From positions 24,180,001 through 24,244,000 of the forward strand of contig NC_088855.1 of NCBI RefSeq assembly GCF_963853765.1: a DNA stretch of 64,000 bases, read 5' to 3'. Of the stretch, positions 39,006-50,872 are shown piece after piece; position 1 is the first letter of the stretch, and every line of letters starts with the position of its first letter. A program made the translations under genes and the position numbers. The stretch is from Magallana gigas (taxonomy: Eukaryota). Below the pieces are notes generated by a model. The model had not been told where the DNA came from and made no database searches. It saw only the letters and a list, made by a program, of their open reading frames with translations.

Positions 39006-40265
39006 TTAACGTTCGGATACTCGAGTACAAAACTTCTTGATTTCGGCGCGAAAATGTGTGTCGAAGTATACGTAAATGAAAGCATTACATGTGTGATGTA
39101 ACGCGTGAAGACGATAGACAACCTCTACTACCGCCCTCAAGGGATCCGAAAATTTCGTCCAAAAGAGAATGTCCAAAGACTCCAAAATGAAGAGAGTGGC
39201 TTTGGGAACATAACTTATGACAGCAACAGTGGTTAAAATAAGGAACATCCACGTAAATCGGTCAATTCGTTTCCGTAGATTTCGATAATAATGCATTGTT
39301 TTAGTTGTTGCTCTGACGGTATCTCGAATTTTTTCAAGATCCAGGGAATTTCCGGCTGGATGTTCCGGTATATTTGACATTTCCGTTCCTTTGAATTTTT
39401 TCCTGGTATCTCGTCTGTCCAGGGTCCACTCAGAGTATTCGGATACGTCATCACTCTGGACGTTCTTTAGTGTTCCGTTTTCTCCTTGACCGTTCATGGA
39501 TTCCACATCGAAACTGGTCGTGTCCATGTTAATTCTTCCCATTCTTCTTTTGGCGCTCAAATTTCTGCGTTTCTTCAAACGTGTCTGCTTGAATATTGCT
39601 TTCCCTATCGAGCAATAAATGGTCATCAACAGAATAATATTGATGAACACTAGAGAAGCAATAGTGACACTGTACACCATGGGTTCATTATTTAACCAGT
39701 CGGTCTGACCACGGGAACAAATATAGCCGGTGACGTTGTAGTCGGAACTGTATATGGGAACCATGTCGTAAAATAATATAAACGGAAACGCAATGACGGA
39801 AGAAATAAATAAAGCAACGGCCAAATATAAGCGTCGTAATTTCAAATCCATTTGTTTTCCGTAAGGTCTGCAGATTTTCAAGTACCTTTGGACTGCAATG
39901 GCAATGAGGATGAAAGCTGAAAACGAGGCGATACTGGAGCTCCCAAACCAATACAGTTTACAAGGAACAGACAAAAAGTTGTCATCATGTACGTACGGAA
40001 AGTACTGTAGCCAAGCTCCGAAACAGTTTAACGTCAACCCCAACAGATCCACGAATGAAAGGAACGGTATGAAATAGCGGTCATCTCGAGAACTCTTCAT
40101 TCGCAGCAAGAAGACGATGATGACTGTAGGGTTAGCAATGATTCCCAAGATGAAGCAGACGGCCAGGAACACGGTCGCTGGGATAAAGATTAAAGCCATG
40201 TGGTCGTTCCAATCCTGTACACGGCCTGCTGCAGTGTTGTTCCAGTCGTCTGCCATCGGATCCAT
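39006..40265 (-). CDS. Class A GPCR, paralogue of the 27.6-kb receptor, ~419 aa, coding sequence in one exon
   Basis: RDDRYFIPFLSFVDL, AVQRYLKICRP, YNVTGYIC, SYVP and NAFIYVYFDTHFR, all colinear with the first receptor. The ATG at 40265 directly follows ttgcag. Confidence 0.92.
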   Translation of the reverse strand: MDPMADDWNNTAAGRVQDWNDHMALIFIPATVFLAVCFILGIIANPTVIIVFLLRMKSSRDDRYFIPFLSFVDLLGLTLNCFGAWLQYFPYVHDDNFLSVPCKLYWFGSSSIASFSAFILIAIAVQRYLKICRPYGKQMDLKLRRLYLAVALFISSVIAFPFILFYDMVPIYSSDYNVTGYICSRGQTDWLNNEPMVYSVTIASLVFINIILLMTIYCSIGKAIFKQTRLKKRRNLSAKRRMGRINMDTTSFDVESMNGQGENGTLKNVQSDDVSEYSEWTLDRRDTRKKFKGTEMSNIPEHPAGNSLDLEKIRDTVRATTKTMHYYRNLRKRIDRFTWMFLILTTVAVISYVPKATLFILESLDILFWTKFSDPLRAVVEVVYRLHALHHTCNAFIYVYFDTHFRAEIKKFCTRVSER

Positions 40266-42811
40266 CTGCAATTGGCATGAAACACAAAGAGAGCATTTAA
40301 ATACTTGTATCCATCTTTGTAAATGTGCGTAAATGTACTAATACTATTTGATATACTACAAACTTCCTCAAGGAAATTAATTTGGTAATTATATGTAAGG
40401 ATAATGGGATATACATTTTAGAAATTCAATTACTATACCCTTGTGGGGGTATCAAGAGAAATCTAATTGTGGGATCCACATATCTAACATTCATTAAATT
40501 GAATAGTATATATACACTTACAACAGTTTGAAAAATCTTTAATATAAAAATCCATAAAAAATCAATTTTAAAATCAAGAATCAATTTAGAAAAAAACAGT
40601 TTTAGAGCATCAAAAATCAATGATACCATGGCCTCCTTGCAAGAAATTTCAATGCATCAGCATTTTTTAAAAACATGTCTTGAAATGAGTTTTAGAATGC
40701 AGACAAAATGGAAGTAATAGTACCATGACCATAGTACACCTAGTCAATAAATTTGAATGCATTATAATCGAAATGTATTCAATTTCAATTTCGTATAGAG
40801 GCCTTTGTAGTTTATGGATGTATCTCTGTCATTTGACGTTAAAATTAATTTCCTACACGTATTTTGATTCAGTGTGCGAAGATGGGGCTACCCTCACACT
40901 GAAGGAAGTGTTTAATCCCAAAGGGATAATCCGTTATATAACATAACGCGACAAAGAAGGCTGGTGATTATTGTCCTTTTGACTTTTGGCACCAGGGTTG
41001 ATCCAACAATCCGCTTTTGCAAAGTGTGCATCCTAATAATGAAATTCACAGAAAATGGGCTTTTTGTAAAATGAAATGAGCTTTGGTAGTTATATGAGGG
41101 AGTATTTTCAAATACTTTAAATTTGCATTTATTTCAGTTTGTTTTTCTAATGTAATTGGTTACATTGAGCTACCTGTGTCCTGTGCCACTAGTTTTATCA
41201 TATCGTAGAAGATTGTTGGATCAGCTCATTTTTTTTATAGATATCATAGGCTGTTTTTAATTTATTTACAGCAAAGATGGTCCCTTTTTCATCTCATTTA
41301 ATATCTTATTGACTGCCCGAAATATTGCACCTTCTCAAATACTTTCCCCTCACCTAAATGAATTGAAGGAACTACTAGTCATATCAATGTCATGCAAGAT
41401 ATGTAAGTATAATTAAGTATATAATTATATAATGCTAAACAAGGAAGATCAGAGTTGGAGTGCGGGACCTTGTTCGTGTAAACAATTTGAATGATATATA
41501 TAGACAGGTGATTGGAATTCATCTTTCTTCGTCCCCTCCTCGTTCTCGATGACAGTAGATCATATCATCAGAATCAGAACGGAAATATAACCCTTACATT
41601 ATACTGTCTGTTACCAAAATACAACGACGACTATTTTTTTTTTATTTGATACAGATAATTTAAAACTGAAATAAAATGTTGATGTACACTAATAACATTT
41701 TGATATTTTTTTAAAGTGTTTTAAAAGTGGATACTTAAAAGCACAGACATTTAACCTCCGCCAAAATAAGAAATTTGTCAAAAGCCTTTTAGAACTAATC
41801 GTTTTATCTATCGTTCATTCCTTGTTCTAATCGTGACATTGACCCTTTAAGTTATGTTACATGTACTTACTTTATTAGAATAATATAAGCGAAAATGAAA
41901 ATGGCTTTGGTGTCTCAGAAGGCTATGCAAGTAAAAATAAAGACTACGCGTCAAGGAGTTGGTTTTTCTGCAATGCTCACTACCTTCAAACCCTTATGAA
42001 CCACTAATATAGGAAGTTTTGTTTTATGAAAGAATATTTCTTATTTATATATATTGCAATAATGAAAACCTGATATGGAACACGTGTAATTATTGCCGAA
42101 TTCCTAGTAAAATGCGCCATTCCTATAGTTTAATTTCCTTTTCACACAAATATCAACACATATGTACATGACACGGAAATTTCCTCGATGTATTTTCATT
42201 TAGCGCAGTGTGGTCTATTTTATGCGTGTTTCGACGAAACCGGGCTCCGTGATCGTTCAAAGTCGTGAGCCATTCTATAAATGACAGCGACATCCACCGT
42301 GTGGCCCAGATGTCCTCAGTACGGCATACAGTCGTCATACAACGTGTAAATACCATGGTGGTATCAAAATCTATGTAGTAGTTTTAGAATACTCTTGGCC
42401 TTCTTTTTCACCTTATCTCTTTAATATATACAACAGCTGCTTATACACTATCATTAAAACACAAAACAAATTTGGAAGCAAATACTCTTAGAATACAAAT
42501 TGTGGTAAGTGGCATGTTAGGAACAAAGAGCAAAATATTGCAGCTACAATATATATGAACTACAAATCACAAAACTTGACCTTAATCCCAATTTATATAA
42601 CCTTAAATCATAAACCCGCCGATGTCATCCAATAGTGTTGAGGACGATTGATTGAATGATTGTGTTGTTAAACGTCTCATTGAAAAATGCCATTCAAATA
42701 CAATATGAATTGCATGCTACATAATCCGCATTCCATAAATAATCAAAGTACTGAAGAAGTACTGAAAGCTTCTTTTGATGTGTCATTATGCACATTGTGA
42801 AGTAAAAACTG

Positions 42812-42816
<5 letters not shown>

Positions 42817-42865
<49 letters not shown>
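42817..42865. repeat. (CT)n microsatellite
   Basis: Uninterrupted run. Confidence 0.98.
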
Positions 42866-42867
<2 letters not shown>

Positions 42868-43778
42868 GCTTTAAATGTCGGAAATGCACCAGAGAGCGAC
42901 TGAATTGTTTTGTAAGCGGCTATAAATAAATTATGTCTGTCTAGTAGGAAAAAAATCAACAATTGCATTGAAATTTGAAACAAGCGTTATAAAATCAACC
43001 CCCTTTCCCTCATTACTTCCATGTGCAGCCAAACACCAATGCTTCGAAAAAGTAGTGCCCAAAACACATAGTCTTGTTTAAAAAACACGTAATTAAAAAT
43101 CAACTCTAAATTTATTCGCAAACAAATGAAAAACCAATATATCTGACAAATTAAACATGGTTCTCTGTGTAACATTCAGCTTTCAGCAAAGCCCGGCTAA
43201 AAATGGAAGGTTTTTTTTTTTCCATACAAACACATTGGATAATGATTATCGTATTATAAGCCTTATGTTATTATCGTACTAAAAATGATATCTGTACTTT
43301 AATTTAATATACAGCCATGTGGGGTACTTCAAATCATTTTTAGCTGGGCTCTGCTGAAAGCAGAGTCTTGGCTGTAGGCAGGCAAATCGACAATGTAACT
43401 ATAAATAGCACAACTTCAAAAGTAAACAAAAAAAAACCAAACTGCGTCAAAGTAAAAGCTTCCGCTATATCAAAAAGTGTTGGCATTTTGTTTCCTTTTT
43501 TGAATTTCGAGAGAATTGTCTATCTTTTTTTAGTTTTCTTATTGATAGACTTAACGTGTTTTTAAAACAAGACTATGCATTTTGGACACATACAATGCGC
43601 ATGAATTTCCATGAGCTACTTTGCTGCGCGTTGAAGAAATGGGGATTGAATATATAACGCTTGTTGCAAAATTCAAGGCAGCAGCTGTTGAACTTTTTTC
43701 TACTAGACAAACATATTTTTTGTTTATAGCCTCTTACAAAATTTGGTCGCTCTCTGACGCTTTGCCGACATTAAAAGC

Positions 43779-43780
<2 letters not shown>

Positions 43781-43843
<63 letters not shown>
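43781..43843. repeat. (AG)n microsatellite
   Basis: Uninterrupted run. Confidence 0.98.
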
Positions 43844-43850
<7 letters not shown>

Positions 43851-45456
43851 TCATTCTTTACTACACAATATGCATAAAGACACACCAAAAGAGCCCGGCT
43901 TTCAGTACTTCAGTACTTTGATTCTTTTTACGATTTCGTTGCAAAATATGTAAGCTTTTTGTTTATTATTTATTGTTTGGTATGAACATAACGGAGATTA
44001 ATTCAAAAATCATATGTAAAAGAAACAGATCTGTGTCACAAATTAATTCTGTCGTTGAAATAGCGACTTTGACAAGGATTCTTATGACAAAAAAATGGCC
44101 CAAATATGGAACATCAATGCTTTTCATTAAAAAAAATTAGCGAAAAATATTTAATTTTATACACATGTATTTATTCCGGTGCAGTCATTGTGTACACACG
44201 TGATTCGAAATACCCTAAAATGTAGGGGGTTGAAAATGCAGCAATTGGGTCTACTTTTGATGGGTTTTGTAATAAGCATTTACTGTTTATGAAACTTTAT
44301 AAAATTGCCGATCAATTAATATACATTCGTCAATTTTTTCGATTTATAAGGCTACATCATAAGTAAGAATACCACAAACAGCGTTTATTTTCCTCAATGC
44401 AGAGGATAGCGAGTACTACTATGATATTCTTATATTGATATTATTATTTTCATTAATTCAATCATTATCAATTAAAAAAAAAATCTACTAATGTATCATA
44501 TCCCCTCTTTCAATTTTGTATATAGACATTTTTAAATAAAAAATGTATATAGTGCTGATAATAATTGTAAATTTTCATTTGATATTTCGAACACCTCAAA
44601 CTTCCGAAAACACGAAATGCGAGGTGATTCGAAACACCTCAAATGAATGTATGGATAAAAATAAAAGGAACATATGTTTATGGTATCTAAAACTTTACAA
44701 AGTTTTGACATATTTGCTCAGCTGAGGTGATCAGATCAGATTATGCAACATGAAACTAATTCTATGTGACCAGGTATTTAAACGCAGAAACACTCGAACT
44801 TAAACATTTCTTTTTATGGGTACATGTAGATAATCATAATATATAATTATAAATGGGGACAATATCTATATGTAATTGAATTCAATGAAATATGCCTGTA
44901 TTTAGAGTTATCAAACATTGCCAACACACACACACGCAAATCAAGAAAAATATATGCATTCAACCGTTGAGGTGCATGTATCTGTAATAAAGCAACCGTT
45001 CCTTCACCGAACATAATTTGATAAAAGATTTAAAATTGCAATTTGGGGTTGCTTACGTGCCCAAAATAAGGTTAATTTAATTGTTTAATTCTCTGTTGAA
45101 ATTATACTTGCTTTGATCATGTACCACTTTCAGTGTAAAATTCTCATTCAGTAACATGCATATTGAATAAAAAATGTCATATTCCCTCCATCAATAAGCG
45201 AAATTCCAAACTCCAACCTATGGTATTCATAATAAGCAACCAATAACGTACCTTTTATCTACGTGATCTTGCATCCATGAAAGGATGTATAGTCCGACCC
45301 TTGATTTGACAATTGCTGTATGGATTAACTATGGCATTTTAACTATTACTTATTTCCCGTTTTTTATTCAAAACACAAGGATGTCCTCTTAATTCTAATA
45401 TTCTAAATATAAATCATGAGAACTGGTATATGGAAAAATCATTTGATAAAGCTTAA

Positions 45457-45460
<4 letters not shown>

Positions 45461-45529
<69 letters not shown>
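45461..45529. repeat. (AG)n microsatellite
   Basis: Uninterrupted run; it explains the ERERER ORF in the track. Confidence 0.98.
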
Positions 45530-45532
<3 letters not shown>

Positions 45533-46495
45533 TTAATTTTTAAAAAAAATGAAATAATGGGTAGCACATACTATTTATTCAATTATTTAGTCATAAACAA
45601 GTCTCTGTATATTGATCGAGTCACAGAATTTGTAATTCGCGTAATCGCAACTCCATAACCCCCCCCCCCCCTCTCCAAACCAGGAAGCTGCTAGTATGTT
45701 TATTTTCCCTTGATATGAAGATTTGGCATAGTGCAGTCGTTATGTGCAGCAATATCCATGAAAAAGCAAATTAACTTACCGAAACTTGTTTATAATTCGT
45801 TATCAAATCAACAAATTGAATTATGTCATAGCTTGTGAACCTTTCCAAACCCACTTTTAGTTCCTGTATCATTGTGAATATACCGTTTGTAAAATAATAT
45901 TTTATGCATTACACCCCCTTCCCCGCTCCGTCCGCTAAGTTTTAATTATCGGCGGGGGGGGGGGGGGGGGGGGAGGGGAGGATCAAGTGGATGGGGTTAA
46001 AACTTTACTACCCACTGGTTTCAGAACAATAAATGGGCTAAAACAGGTTTACCCATACTATTTTTACTGGCATCTGATTCTAAACTATATACCAAGAGTT
46101 AAAATACGGTAGTTTTATTCAACTCTTAAAAATATCCTTACCATTAATTCTGTGAAAATTCCTGGGTTTGCCTTGTTTGAAACCAATCTTAAATAAACAA
46201 ATTGTCCAGTAATATATGTCTCTCTGTGTCACTTGGTATCATTAAAAATATTCAGTGTTATACATGTAACACTAAACAATACAAGCACTTTTAACAGTAG
46301 AGTTTCAAAACAGCCAAAACTGGAGAATAACAGTTACTGGTAATGACGCCTGATTTGGATTATTCCATTAATACACATATAAAAATCACTTCCTTCTTCC
46401 TTTAAAATATCAAATAAACTACCCAATGCTTACTGGCAATCATCTTGAAACTCTTGAAACTACTTCAATCAAAAGCACAAACGTTTTGACAATGT

Positions 46496-49400
46496 TTATT
46501 TTGTGTATTTAATTTTTGAAAACACTACATGGGCAACACCAGATATGAGAGCATTATTTGCAAATTCAAGAATGAGTTGAATGAGAGGGTAATTGGGCCC
46601 TGTGTGAGAGTCCTCCATTTTTGGCTTTTTGCTGTTGTAGTTATGCTCAGCCATCAATTGAGTCTCATTGAGTCCATTCATAATGGAGCTGAATCCTTGC
46701 CAATGGAGGAGAAAGGCAGACATAAAAACAGGAAATATATGGTCTACAATTTCATTGGCAGGAGGCAAATTGTCAATACAGTTGATGTGTTGTTGTTTAA
46801 ATTCATCCACCCTTCTGGAAATTGTGGTGGAACAGTTATTAAATTCACTTCCGAGCCACATGCTTACGATCGTCAAAAACTTCACTTTGCCTCTAGAGAA
46901 TTCAAGATCGTAGTCTTGTCTGTCCACTGTGGTATTAGAATTCTTAAATTTGACACAACAGAACTTAAGGAAGTCTAAATCAAATCCCTTGCCTTCATCA
47001 CTGGCTCTGAAATGGTAGTTTAAAAGTTCAAGAAGGCTAAGGCATTTTTCCAAGTGCTCCCCTACAGAAAGATGATTATGCAAGGCCCTCTGTATTAAAT
47101 TGTACAAATCATCCCAAGGTAACAAAGAATCTAGCATAGTTATTGCATAGACTTCCCTCTTTTTCTTGATGCCCTGGCCATTGTAGCCATTCAGTCTGTC
47201 ACAAAATTGACATTTAAACATTCCGATGCCAGCATCACTTTGCTCTTTTTCAATACAAGTCTTCTTTGCACACTTCACACTGCAGGACTCTTGAGATTTA
47301 AGTCCACATTTCTGCCTTCCATTGGTAACACTTAGTCTATCATCTGATGTATCAGTGTTAACGGTTTTAAGGCATGCACTGCAAATCTTGTATTGGGCAA
47401 TATCACTGTTCTTTCCACCTAAGTTTTGAAAACACAGACAACACTTTCCAGGTTTATCTCTATTTCTACTTAATTTGCTGGAAATATTATGGTTTTCTGT
47501 TATTCTTAAATTTTTAGAACAATTCAGATTACAAGTTGTACACGTTAGGGTTTGTCCACAATCTTCACAGATCTTATTAACACAAGTGTCCCTAACAACA
47601 GGGTTTTTGTTAGTTCTTATGGAATCATTATTTCTTGTTGTATCAATGTTCGAGTTTTCCATTTCTTTCTGTGTTATTTTCATTTGATCATACATTAAGC
47701 TGCCCACAGAAGCAATCTTGTCCTGATCATGTCCAGTCCCTTCCCCTAGCTTGATATGCCCATTATCAGGAATTTTATCTGGTTGAGTCGAGCAGTTGTG
47801 AGAATCAGCAGTAGGTGTCTCCGAGACCAATTTAAATGGTGACATTGCTTTATTCATCACAGTCTTTTCTAACGTCACCTCTATAGTTTCAGATGGCAAA
47901 TTCTCTGCATTGTAGGACTTCAACCACAAGTCCTGAAATGATAATAGAAACTATAATTATCAACAGCTTTAGATAATTCTCTCATATATTACATGTATCT
48001 CTTCTCTTTATACATGTAGTATAAAAAAAACAAGCTTGCAATGAATGCCCGTACAAACTGTTCATTTTACTTTAAAAACGAAATACTTTTGAGCATACAG
48101 TTACAATATATGATTATATGTAAGCGCAGCTTATACATGTACCGGTATACATAATAAAGTATTTCACGCAAGAATCTACAAAATGGATAAGTGCCACTTT
48201 CTAGTGTCGGCTCATACATAATAATCTGCGAGAGTAACAAATGACAATTCTCAGTAGAAGATTAGCTAAGTGTATAGAAAAATCATTTAAGATGCAATAT
48301 TTTATAAGCTATTTGTCTGCAAACAAATTCATAAAAATGTCATAGTTACTATGGAAATTTGGGATTTTCATAAAGTTAAACATCAAACAGGGACTCAGCA
48401 AAATTGTGAGTCCTGTGAATCAAGTGGGAATCCATGCTTCATATAACCCTATATAAGATAAACTATCTTGAGATCAATTTTCTATGTTCAATGGTAGATT
48501 ACTTATAACATATACTGTAGATTTCTTTTTTTAAGCTAGTATTTAATTCTGCAATTCTCGAATTTGGTATCAATTTGGGAGAATATAAAATTGCAAATGC
48601 TGAACCTTTATTATAATTCATATACTTTGCAACTGTCAGAAAAAAAAAAAAGCAAAGCTTAAAAATTTGCTTCCTTTATCATGCTTCCCATTTAGCTCTT
48701 TAATATTAATGGTGATGGTGTAACATTAAATAAGTCAAACTCACAGATAAGTGGTGTATACATTCTTTCTGCAATGATCTGAGATGATAACTAAAAGCCA
48801 GTTCAAAAAGCCCATGTATGGTGAAGAACCACAATGCTGACGACTTGGAATATCCATCAAGATGAAAATCTAAAAAAAAAAAAAATTATGAATATGGAAA
48901 TGTCTCAAATACTCAAAATACTGCTTGCAGCTTCTACAACACTGAAAATTTAGTATCAGGTCTTTCTACGGTAATTAACACATTTGTTGTTATGAAACAG
49001 CAAAGTCTTACTCTAATGTGCAATTACTTGAATATAATTACAATGTATTATCAAAATCTAACAAGTAATTAAGTTTTAACTCTCTCAAATACCACTTTCG
49101 ATGAAACGTAAATTTTTCAGTGTAGGCATTTTTTTTTTAGCCTATCAAAATTAACTTTGTGTCCCCTGCTCTATGAACTCACCTTTTAAAATGAATTTGG
49201 CTGCCATTCCAAGTCTTCCATACTTGTTGCTAATTCTTGACATGTTTGAATTTCCTGGCATGACATCACAGGCTAGAAATAAGGGTGTGCCTCGACACTG
49301 AAAAGGCATTAGATATTGTCATGCTAAATACTTCTTTTGTAACTGAAAGAACAAGATGCTCTTTGGGCATCTACAGTCATATGCCTACAGTCATACATCA

Positions 49401-50657
49401 AATGCATTTGGGAATGTCAACTCTCAAGAAATGTTTACATATACATTTATAACATATATAATACCTTAAACTTTACTGAAAAATAAAATGTGCAATGCAT
49501 AAATTATTTACAAAATATACTGGTTTAAAAGGATACTTAATTATATTCTCTAAGACTTCTACCCTTCTAAAATTATACAGGTTATCTAGGGTATGGGACT
49601 GCGAGTTTTCTAGCTAGTACTTGTAATGAAATCACTAATACATATGTTGCCTCTTTGACAACTAAGGTCTTATTGTAGAGAAAGGCTCAAATAAAAAGTG
49701 TTGGTATCTTCTAAGAATATAAAATTATAGGACTATAAAATTGCTAGATAGGTACTGTTGATATGTTGACATCTATCTAGTAAGACTAATTTTATTTATG
49801 CAGAGGGCAATGTTGGACTCTTCTCAGGGTTGCATATAATAAAAGATGTTGTCATTTTCAGTTATAAAAGAGCAATCGGTTCTGGATCTGGTGACACTAT
49901 GCAATGCTGATGTGACAGATATTAAGATAACCCCTCACAAGCAGATTGTGAGGAAACAAAGAATCTGACCAACTTTACAGACAGACACTTGGTCTGGTCC
50001 AAAATATAATGAATTAAAATTGCTAGTTTCATCCACAGTCAGATCAGACAGACTAATCTAAATGTAAATACATGGTGCATAAATATCTATAAATTGAGAC
50101 TCACATTACTCTTGAAGTAAATTTATATTAAAAAACCTTTAATATTGACAAATCGCACTAAGTTTTTTATAGTTCAATGTTTATACCTTTTTTATATGGT
50201 CAGATACACAGATGGTCACTATCAGTTGGTTTTGTAATCAGGTCAATGAAATTAAAATTTATTTTTTTATTGGGGGGGGGGGGGTGTGGGTTGTGTGAAT
50301 TTGACAAGATTTCGTGAAGACTGTATTAGAAGAAATAATCTTACATGACCAGACTACGCTCAGGCCACAGAGAGAATCGAGTCCGTAGGAAATCTGTCAT
50401 TTAACGACAGAACATTCTATCTATGTTAAAGTAAACGGGCTGGATTTATGGGTAAACATCTATGGCATCTCAGAGTGACAAAAAAGTGGTTTAAATATAA
50501 ATTAAATTTGAATATCATAAAAAACAATTACACTAGATAGCGATGATGGGAATGTCACTTCAGCTCCTTGAAGAAGAGACATATATCGAATGCGATAAGG
50601 TCCCATGTGAAGAATATTACATTCAACAGTTGGCTTGAAACTGCTTTTGTCCTCCAT
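46496..50657 (-). CDS. Uncharacterised multi-exon protein with Cys-rich middle and helical C-terminal domain
   Basis: The last three exons, 49183-49297, 48745-48869 and 46496-47932, join in phase: CRGTPLFLACDVMPG...AAKFILK|DFHLDGYSKSSALWFFTIHGLFELAFSYHLRSLQKECIHHLS|DLWLKSY...YPLIQLILEFANNALISGVAHVVFSKIKYTK*. The 5' exons (ATG 50657 MEDKSSFKPTVE; ~50348-50397 FLRTRFSLWPERSLV; ~49950-50050) are tentative. Confidence 0.72.
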
Positions 50658-50872
50658 GTTGTTTTTTCAATGATTTACTCCGACCCTGTTCACTTTGATA
50701 ATAAATGAAAATAAAAATATTGGTACGTCAATATATACACAGTTTAACTTGTATGTAATTTTATTATTTTTTATTCTTAATCTTATATGATATATTTTTT
50801 TCTTAAAATGAAATCGGCCTAATTTACTCCGCGACTGTTCAGAAAACACTTCCGTTGATTGAAAAATTGAAA
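50658..50872. promoter_or_regulatory. Putative bidirectional promoter
   Basis: Only 215 bp separate two divergent ATGs (50657 minus, tentative; 50873 plus). Confidence 0.5.

Noticed and set aside
45416-45658. ORF with a long ER repeat
   Set aside because: Translation of an (AG)n microsatellite.
49528-49536. Perfect U12 donor GTATCCTTT (minus) inside the uncharacterised gene
   Set aside because: The only open upstream frame ends in phase 2 and I found no AG acceptor that restores the downstream frame. A 9-mer like this is expected about once by chance in this much AT-rich sequence. Left unresolved.
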